Shown in pieces: positions 58,006 to 64,000 of a stretch of DNA of 64,000 bases. Position 1 is the first letter of the stretch, and each line of letters begins with the position of its first letter. The position numbers and the translations under genes are program-made. Source of the stretch: Candidatus Omnitrophota bacterium (lineage in GTDB: Bacteria > Omnitrophota > Gorgyraeia > B26-G9); NCBI GenBank assembly GCA_043806135.1, contig JAZDHG010000034.1:6283-70282 (forward strand), in the 5' to 3' direction. The notes beneath the pieces are model-generated. The model worked only from the letters and a program-made list of their open reading frames with translations, ran no database searches and was not told the origin of the DNA.

Positions 58006-60978
58006 TTAAGCTGGCACTGCCTTATAAGCATTTATAAAAACAGACATATCTACAATCAGTTTACCTTTATCATTAGTAAAAATAGAAATAATATCATCAA
58101 AACTCATACCCTGGTTTTTCATCACATCAACCAGCTCAGCATGATCATATCCGGCAGCTACCATGGCTGCAGCAATTGCTCTATTATCAAGACCGTTATT
58201 TGATAAAAGATTGTAAGTATTTTCAGTAGTCTGCCCGCCCTGTTGAAGCCCCTTAGTTATACTGCTCCAAGAAACTGAACTATTAACCGCAGCCAAGACC
58301 ACATCTTCTGCCGAATTACCCCATAAGACTAACAAACTCACAACTTTATCTGTCTTACCCGCACCAGCATCTTCAAAAGCGCTAATAATTCTGGTCATAT
58401 CCCAACCCAGTGATTGCATTCCGATCATTAGGTTATCAACTTCACCATGGGAGCCGTCCAGCATTGCCGTTACTATTTCATCGTCACTTAAATTATTGTT
58501 AGTTAAAATCGTAAGTACTTCAAGCGACTCAAAACCATTTGTTTTTAATCCGCTGGCAATTTCCTTCCAGCTTGCACCAGCCTCTTGCACAGTGGAAACA
58601 ACTGCATCAGTTTCAAACCCGGCTTTAAGAAAGGCATCAACCAGTTCTGCGGCATGACTAGGTTTCCCCTTACTTGTAAACGCATCAATCACCTGGTTCA
58701 TATCACTGCCTTGATTCAACATCGCAGTTGCTATATCACCTGCATTATAACCGCCGGCAAGCATCGAAGTAACGATTTTTGAATTGCTTAATCCATTTGA
58801 TGTTAAAACCGTAAAAGTATCAGCAGCGCTTACACCTCCCTGCTGCAAACCTTGCGTAATCGGGTCCCAGTCAATCTTTGCCTCTATCGCAGCAGTAACC
58901 ACTTCATCAACGGAAACTCCGGCTTTAACCAAAGCAGCCACAACTGCAGCCCCCTGGCGAACCACATTGGATTCAGTTACCGTTTCTGTTTCCGTTTCTC
59001 CATCTGTGCTGGTTGTTGTAACAGACTCTTCTTTAAACGCTTCAAATATGCGGGCGCTATCCCATCCCAGGGTAACCATGCCCTGAACCATTTTGCCGAT
59101 ATTCCCTCCGCCTTTATCCATCATTGCGCTTACAACTTCCTTATCACTAAGGCCGTTATCTTTAAGGTATTGAACTATTTTATCAAAATCAGCATTGCCA
59201 AATTCCATTCCCTTGGCAATATCTTTAACCTTCATCCCTGCTTCTTTTGCAGCCGCAGCTATTTCTTCAAAGGTATATTTGCCTGATTTCATTAAAGCAC
59301 TGACCACCGATTTTCCTACTTTAACATTAACAACAATTTTATTTTTGAATGCCTTAAATATAGAATTCATATCCATTCCCAGATTGATTAGTCCGGCAAC
59401 AATACCGCCGGCATCTCTGCCGCTATCAAGCATCTTTCCTACTACCTCAATGTCGCTTAACCCCTGTTCAGATAGAATAGTATAGACCTCCTCTGAGCTC
59501 ATACCAGTTGATACTAAACCCTTGGTAATATTCTCCCAGGATGTCCCCGCCTTTCTGACTGCCGTAATAACCTCTTCTGCTGAATATCCGGCTTTTATCA
59601 AGCCTGTAACAACTGCTGCATCATCCTTAGCTCCGTCAAAAGAAGCAATAATTGTCTCCATGCTCCAGCCCAACTCGTTCATGGCGATTACCATGCTGCC
59701 AGCGCCGAAATTTGTATTCTTACGCAGAGCATCAACTATTTTCTTTTCCGTTAATCCGTTTGACTGTAAAATTTCAATGATTTCACTTATGGTTGAACCG
59801 GAATTTTTAAGGCCCAAAGATATTTTATCCCAGCTGATTCCGGCCTTACTTGCTGCACTGACAACCTCTTCTATGGTAAATTTTTTCGAGTTGATCAAAG
59901 CCACGCAAAGCAGCTCTCCCTTGGAATTTCCTTCAGTTTTAAAAGCATTAAAAATTTCCTCAGCACTTTTTCCCATAGCGATCATTGCATTTACCAGATC
60001 GTTAGTGTTAGTGCCTCCATCAAGAAGGTATCCTACAACTTTGCTTTCACTGACCCCCTGTTCTTCCATAACAGAGAACACTTCTTCAATACTCAAACCG
60101 CCGGCACTTAGTCCAGCCACTATATTTTTAATGGAAATCCCTGCTCCCTTTGCAGCAGAGATAACATCATCAGTGGAAATTCCTGATTTAACCAATGCTG
60201 CCACCACCTCAGCAGCCTTACGCACAATACCAGTGTCTACATTTTTAAATGACTTAAAAATTTGGTCAGTGCTCATGCCTTGGGCAATCATTCCCTTAAC
60301 AATATCACTTGTAGTATAGTTGCCATCAAGCATCATTGTTACAATCTGCCTATCTTCATAACCGGCATTCTGCAAGATCAAAAGAACTTCCTGAGCCGAT
60401 GCGCCGGACTTTTTAAGCGCAGTGACAATTTCCGTATATGAATATCCCTTTGCAATTAATGATTTTGTCATGTCTTCATAACTTACCCCAGCATTTTCAA
60501 GTGCTGAGTTATCAGCCATAACCTCTTTTTGATTATTAACTAACGCGGCAGGCACTACTTTAGCGGCCTCTTCTTTGGAAAATACCTCAGCAATCAAATT
60601 ATAGGCAACATCCCCATATCCCAGAGAAATAAGCCCCAAAGCAATATCATTGCTGGAAAAACCTGATTTCTTTAGAGTGCTTACAATATTACTTAAATCT
60701 GTTCCTGCACTCACAAATCCGGTTATTAAACCTTTTACATCTTCAACGGTTGAAGCGCTTTGCTGAGTATTACTACTTCCTCCCGTATTTATATACTCTG
60801 TAGTCACTGGTTTTCTGTTAACTTGATCATCGCTAATTTCCTGATTTACATTTGTATCTGATGTTTGCGGGTCAATCTGTTCCGGCAAAATAGCGCCATG
60901 AAGCATCCCGTAAGCTCCAAGCGTAAACAGAAAAACTATCATGAGATTAATAATAGTGAACATTTTCATGATAAGCAC
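58006..60978 (-). CDS. Large secreted tandem-repeat protein (about 9 helical repeats of ~95 aa) in the PilY1 position. Putative pilus-associated factor of unknown family.
   Basis: 990 aa. Signal peptide MKMFTIINLMIVFLFTLGAYG. Repeats follow the pattern ..VVAALVKAG.S.D.V..A...AGISW..I..GL...G.S.EEV...L...GLS...IV..MLDGG....D.V..M...G.....I..AFK. Confidence 0.6.
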   Translation of the reverse strand: MLIMKMFTIINLMIVFLFTLGAYGMLHGAILPEQIDPQTSDTNVNQEISDDQVNRKPVTTEYINTGGSSNTQQSASTVEDVKGLITGFVSAGTDLSNIVSTLKKSGFSSNDIALGLISLGYGDVAYNLIAEVFSKEEAAKVVPAALVNNQKEVMADNSALENAGVSYEDMTKSLIAKGYSYTEIVTALKKSGASAQEVLLILQNAGYEDRQIVTMMLDGNYTTSDIVKGMIAQGMSTDQIFKSFKNVDTGIVRKAAEVVAALVKSGISTDDVISAAKGAGISIKNIVAGLSAGGLSIEEVFSVMEEQGVSESKVVGYLLDGGTNTNDLVNAMIAMGKSAEEIFNAFKTEGNSKGELLCVALINSKKFTIEEVVSAASKAGISWDKISLGLKNSGSTISEIIEILQSNGLTEKKIVDALRKNTNFGAGSMVIAMNELGWSMETIIASFDGAKDDAAVVTGLIKAGYSAEEVITAVRKAGTSWENITKGLVSTGMSSEEVYTILSEQGLSDIEVVGKMLDSGRDAGGIVAGLINLGMDMNSIFKAFKNKIVVNVKVGKSVVSALMKSGKYTFEEIAAAAKEAGMKVKDIAKGMEFGNADFDKIVQYLKDNGLSDKEVVSAMMDKGGGNIGKMVQGMVTLGWDSARIFEAFKEESVTTTSTDGETETETVTESNVVRQGAAVVAALVKAGVSVDEVVTAAIEAKIDWDPITQGLQQGGVSAADTFTVLTSNGLSNSKIVTSMLAGGYNAGDIATAMLNQGSDMNQVIDAFTSKGKPSHAAELVDAFLKAGFETDAVVSTVQEAGASWKEIASGLKTNGFESLEVLTILTNNNLSDDEIVTAMLDGSHGEVDNLMIGMQSLGWDMTRIISAFEDAGAGKTDKVVSLLVLWGNSAEDVVLAAVNSSVSWSSITKGLQQGGQTTENTYNLLSNNGLDNRAIAAAMVAAGYDHAELVDVMKNQGMSFDDIISIFTNDKGKLIVDMSVFINAYKAVPA

Positions 60979-61445
60979 CCATCCTTATTGAAACACTTTA
61001 TGAACATCATGTTGTTTATATCCAATAATTAAATTTTTTAAATATAAAAATATAAGCCGAATTGCCATTAATATCTTCGGCAACCCGGCTGTCATAGCAA
61101 TCGCTTTAGACCCGCAGTTTTACCCCGGCTTCGTTTTTTATTCTCCGCCGGGTCCGGCAAGCTTACCTTGAGATATTAACCCCATAAGCGTAACCGGAGC
61201 CCCTGCCTTTCGGAAGGTTTGTCTTTTCGGACACTATTTTACAAATATAGTTATTAATCTCTTTATAAAAGTATATCATGAAATACAATAACTTGCAACC
61301 AGAAAACTTATCTTCTTGCATTTAAATCTGTTGTAGATATAAAGAAGCAGCTGTAAAATCCGCAAAAGAAATATAATCCAGATATGATAAGGTTTCTAAA
61401 ATAAGAAGCAGTTTAAAAAAACAGCAGGTTATAATGTTTTAGTTT

Positions 61446-62720
61446 TTAAGGAGTGGTATACCCTCGCCAGGAAGTTACAAAATAACCTAAGATTAAAGCT
61501 TCAGGATCTTCTCTTGACGCAATATCATAATGATATTTCAAGCCTGTAGTACATTCTACTGTTTTACCGACAACACTGCCATAAAAAACAGTGTCCGGGC
61601 CAATTCGAACATCAGCATTAGGCGCGTAAATATTCCCATAAAATCCACTGGCATGCGAACTAAGATTAAATGAAGCTACATTGTCAGTACAATAAATCTT
61701 AAACCTTAGAGGATCATAGGTAGTATTGTCAATTTTTGCCCCATTTCCAAAAGTAGTATTTCCATTTAGCCATAATTTGGCAGTATTTCCAGGATTTATT
61801 AAAATCTTGCTGTTAACACCAAGCTTCAGTTCCCCGATCACATAAATATCAACATTAGCATTAATTTCAAGTATAGCATCCTTTTCAAGCTTAATAGAAT
61901 CATATTCTACCTCATTATCGTTTATTGTAAACGTCGTACCGTTTGACACAGTAAGCGCCCCCCGGTTAGGTGCATATACTCCGGTCTGATCAGGTATTGA
62001 CAGCAGGGGTTTATCCTTATTTAACCATTTCACGGCTCCGTTATATACGCCGGAGCCTGTCAGTAAAATCACATCCGCAGGGTCTCCTCCTAAGCCAATA
62101 GTAATATCTCCAGTAACAATACTGTTGTTGCCGATTTTAATTGTTTTAGCAGCTATTGAATTAGTAACAAAGTCTGCATCTGTGCCTATATTTCCCGCTA
62201 CACCATAAAATCCAATCCGGGAATCATAGCTGTCAACTAAAGCATTGCTTCCGATATTAATGCCGCTATAACCCATGATCGCGTCTTTAAAAAGCTTCTC
62301 CTCAACAGCAATAACCTTAACTGTTTTCGAAGCCATCTGGTTGGCCTGGTTTGGAAAGTAACCTATTGATTCAACTTCATAAGATTTAGGCTCAGTGACT
62401 AAATTAATCACAGTTACAATGAATTCACCAATTGTATCTCCGCCAGGGATACCAATATTTCCTGTTCTTGTCCATTTTACGCCTGTTACTGTTGTCCAGC
62501 CCTCTGTTGCAAGGAATTCCCTTCCGCCATGATTTACTTCCAAGAGCCCAAGTTCCGCGCCGGCTTCAGCAATATGCATTGCTTCAACTTCCGCGTAGGT
62601 TCTTATGGAAATTTGCGCATTTGAATGCACTGATGCCACATAACTTGTACCCAAAATAACCAGGCCCAGAATCAGAATAAGCGATAATAATAAAGCGCTA
62701 CCTTTTTTATTAAATAACAT
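61446..62720 (-). CDS. PilX-like type IV pilus minor component (PilX_N domain plus beta-helix-like C-terminus)
   Basis: N-terminus KKGSALLLSLILILGLVILGTSYVASV .. AEAGAELGL matches PilX_N. The C-terminal G/N/T-rich repeats suggest a parallel beta-helix. Confidence 0.6.
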   Translation of the reverse strand: MLFNKKGSALLLSLILILGLVILGTSYVASVHSNAQISIRTYAEVEAMHIAEAGAELGLLEVNHGGREFLATEGWTTVTGVKWTRTGNIGIPGGDTIGEFIVTVINLVTEPKSYEVESIGYFPNQANQMASKTVKVIAVEEKLFKDAIMGYSGINIGSNALVDSYDSRIGFYGVAGNIGTDADFVTNSIAAKTIKIGNNSIVTGDITIGLGGDPADVILLTGSGVYNGAVKWLNKDKPLLSIPDQTGVYAPNRGALTVSNGTTFTINDNEVEYDSIKLEKDAILEINANVDIYVIGELKLGVNSKILINPGNTAKLWLNGNTTFGNGAKIDNTTYDPLRFKIYCTDNVASFNLSSHASGFYGNIYAPNADVRIGPDTVFYGSVVGKTVECTTGLKYHYDIASREDPEALILGYFVTSWRGYTTP

Positions 62721-62732
62721 GCTGCCTTTCCC

Positions 62733-63386
62733 TTAAAAATTCCGCATCAGAATACTCGTAACTGCATTTGACTGCAGAACACGGCTTCCTAAAACAGTTT
62801 TTGCGGTTGTTAATCTTATTGTTATATTTCTTACCGCTGCTAAAATTCCCACACTGCCAAGTCCTGTACCTCCTGAGCTGAAATTTAAGGCGCTAACATT
62901 ACGCGCAATAATATAAATTCCTCCCGGCCTGGCGCTTGAAGCATCCGGGGCCACGACTCTTTCTAATATTGCCGGGTCATCGTCATTTAAATGATAAACC
63001 ACATAATCAACACTTCCGGTTAAATTCATGAGGTTATTAATAGAAGGGATTCTTAAAACAAGCACATTATCACCGGTTGTGTACGTCTTGCCGCTGATTG
63101 ATCGAGAATTTTCAATAACAATCGCCCATTCAATATCTTTTCTGGCCCAATCCAGGCTTTGTCGTGTTTGCCCATGCAAATCCAGTAATACCGTGCCTGT
63201 TATAAAACTTCGCTGACAGCCAATATATGCGCCAATAATAACCGTGGATATTCCCACAAATATTGCTGTTGAGACGAGCACTTCAACTAAGGTAAACCCC
63301 GTTAGAAAATTACGCTTTTTTGCTTTCTTAAAAAATTCCTTTTTTGAAACCCAATCTATTATGTTTTGCATAAACATTGTTTTCAT
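62733..63386 (-). CDS. Type IV pilus minor pilin (PilW/FimT-like, prepilin-type N-terminal methylation domain)
   Basis: GFTLVEVLVSTAIFVGISTVIIGAY class III signal/N-methylation motif. Confidence 0.6.
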   Translation of the reverse strand: MKTMFMQNIIDWVSKKEFFKKAKKRNFLTGFTLVEVLVSTAIFVGISTVIIGAYIGCQRSFITGTVLLDLHGQTRQSLDWARKDIEWAIVIENSRSISGKTYTTGDNVLVLRIPSINNLMNLTGSVDYVVYHLNDDDPAILERVVAPDASSARPGGIYIIARNVSALNFSSGGTGLGSVGILAAVRNITIRLTTAKTVLGSRVLQSNAVTSILMRNF

Positions 63387-63476
63387 GCAAATTGCCCTTT
63401 CTTAACTTTTATCTCCACTTCTTTTCTGTGTTTTTTCTAACGGGGTAAACCCTTTTTGTCTTTTCATGATTTTTTT

Positions 63477-63896
63477 TTAAGAGCTGATCCCTTCATCCGT
63501 TATATAAGTAACCAAGCTTCTGGTCAGAGACTGCCCTGCAGGAGAATCCCAGGTAATTGTAACCGTAACCCGAACGATTCTGCTAATCGGGAAAACAGGT
63601 TCAGGAGGAGAATCAACAAGTATCTGCCCTTGCGGATTGCTAAGCTGGGTAAATCCTGCAGATATGAACGTTGATGATGGAGTAGTAATAATTGTACTGA
63701 ATTGAGTTTGACGGATTAATTCCATCTGCTCTTCAAGCATATTAATAACCAGATTATTGGCTTGCACCTCGGCAATAAACATCGTACCTTTGGAAAAAAG
63801 CATGAATATTCCCATTAATGATGCACTCAAAATAATCATTGTCATAAGTATTTCTACTAAAGTGAATCCTTTGTTTTTTCTTACTTTAAAACTCAT
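63477..63896 (-). CDS. Type IV pilus minor pilin PilV-like
   Basis: MSFKVRKNKGFTLVEILMTMIILSASLMGIF prepilin motif. 139 aa. Confidence 0.7.
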   Translation of the reverse strand: MSFKVRKNKGFTLVEILMTMIILSASLMGIFMLFSKGTMFIAEVQANNLVINMLEEQMELIRQTQFSTIITTPSSTFISAGFTQLSNPQGQILVDSPPEPVFPISRIVRVTVTITWDSPAGQSLTRSLVTYITDEGISS

Positions 63897-64000
63897 ATCA
63901 GCTCCGAACCGATTATGAAGCTCACCCGGGCTCCCTCTGAAATTTCGCAGAAATTTCGAGGACTTAGTCCCGGGAATGCTTTACATCCCACGGGGAAAGC
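63893..64000 (-). CDS. 3' end of an upstream gene, translationally coupled to the PilV-like gene
   Basis: Open frame from the window edge, ...FPGLSPRNFCEISEGARVSFIIGSELI, ending in TGA that overlaps the downstream ATG (ATGA). Identity unknown, possibly another pilus gene. Confidence 0.3.
   Translation of the reverse strand, partial: AFPVGCKAFPGLSPRNFCEISEGARVSFIIGSELI

Noticed and set aside
58585-60319. Several plus-strand ORFs (65-265 aa) inside the repeat-protein gene
   Set aside because: All antisense to the 990-aa CDS. S/T/A/P-rich reverse-frame artefacts.
60979-61445. Sigma54-type (-24 TGGCA / -12 TTGC) promoter or GEMM riboswitch call for the pilus-associated gene
   Set aside because: Only a TGGCAA half-site without a matching -12 element. 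The GEMM-like stretch lacks the conserved ACGCAAAGC. Reported only as a possible structured leader.
1-64000. CRISPR arrays, tRNA/rRNA genes, integrase or toxin-antitoxin genes
   Set aside because: No regularly spaced direct repeats, no cloverleaf-like GC-rich 70-90 nt islands in intergenic gaps, no integrase-like ORF. None found by eye, though covariance-model scanning was not possible.

Overview
This 64 kb window is low-GC (about 36-38%) and comes from a diderm bacterium. Diderm markers present are MurJ, an LptE-HolA pair, a BamD-like TPR lipoprotein, a Wza-type exporter and type IV pilus minor pilins. No rRNA, tRNA or CRISPR array was recognised. All calls below are from reading the translations; no database or covariance-model searches were run.

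Layout:
- 1-6.3 kb: a partial secreted Ig-domain protein, two TPR proteins, a cellulose-synthase-like GT2 and rmlC/rmlA.
- 6.3-6.8 kb: a GxxExxY small-protein cassette. Its flanks recur as a decayed copy at 34.0-34.4 kb.
- 6.8-27.2 kb: housekeeping genes, namely a PilZ-PilT fusion ATPase, ogt, uvrC, murJ, rpsT (with a textbook sigma70 promoter), holA, lptE, a BamD-like protein, a stand-alone PilZ, an AsmA-like giant membrane protein, a REP-flanked RAYT/IS200-like Y1 transposase, a NodU-type carbamoyltransferase with a DUF5989-like mini-ORF, nnrE, bioY, accA, an L,D-transpeptidase, a DUF212 protein and comM.
- 27.2-57.8 kb: the most striking feature is a roughly 29 kb block of about 26 co-directional minus-strand genes forming a Wzx/Wzy-type glycan locus. 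It carries Wza, a polysaccharide chain-length determinant protein with a C-terminal PilZ-like tail, a PglC-like priming transferase, Wzx, Wzy/ligase, GT2/GT4 enzymes and GtrA. Interleaved with these are five paralogous B12-binding radical SAM enzymes and four class I SAM methyltransferases.
- 58.0-64.0 kb, immediately upstream and co-directional: a type IV minor-pilin operon (PilV-, PilW- and PilX-like). It is followed by a 990-aa signal-peptide protein made of about nine tandem alpha-helical repeats, sitting where PilY1 normally lies.

Other notable points: a synonymously diverged duplicate of the comM 3' end about 90 bp after comM, and a REP-like palindrome family shared between the RAYT flanks and the decayed GxxExxY copy.
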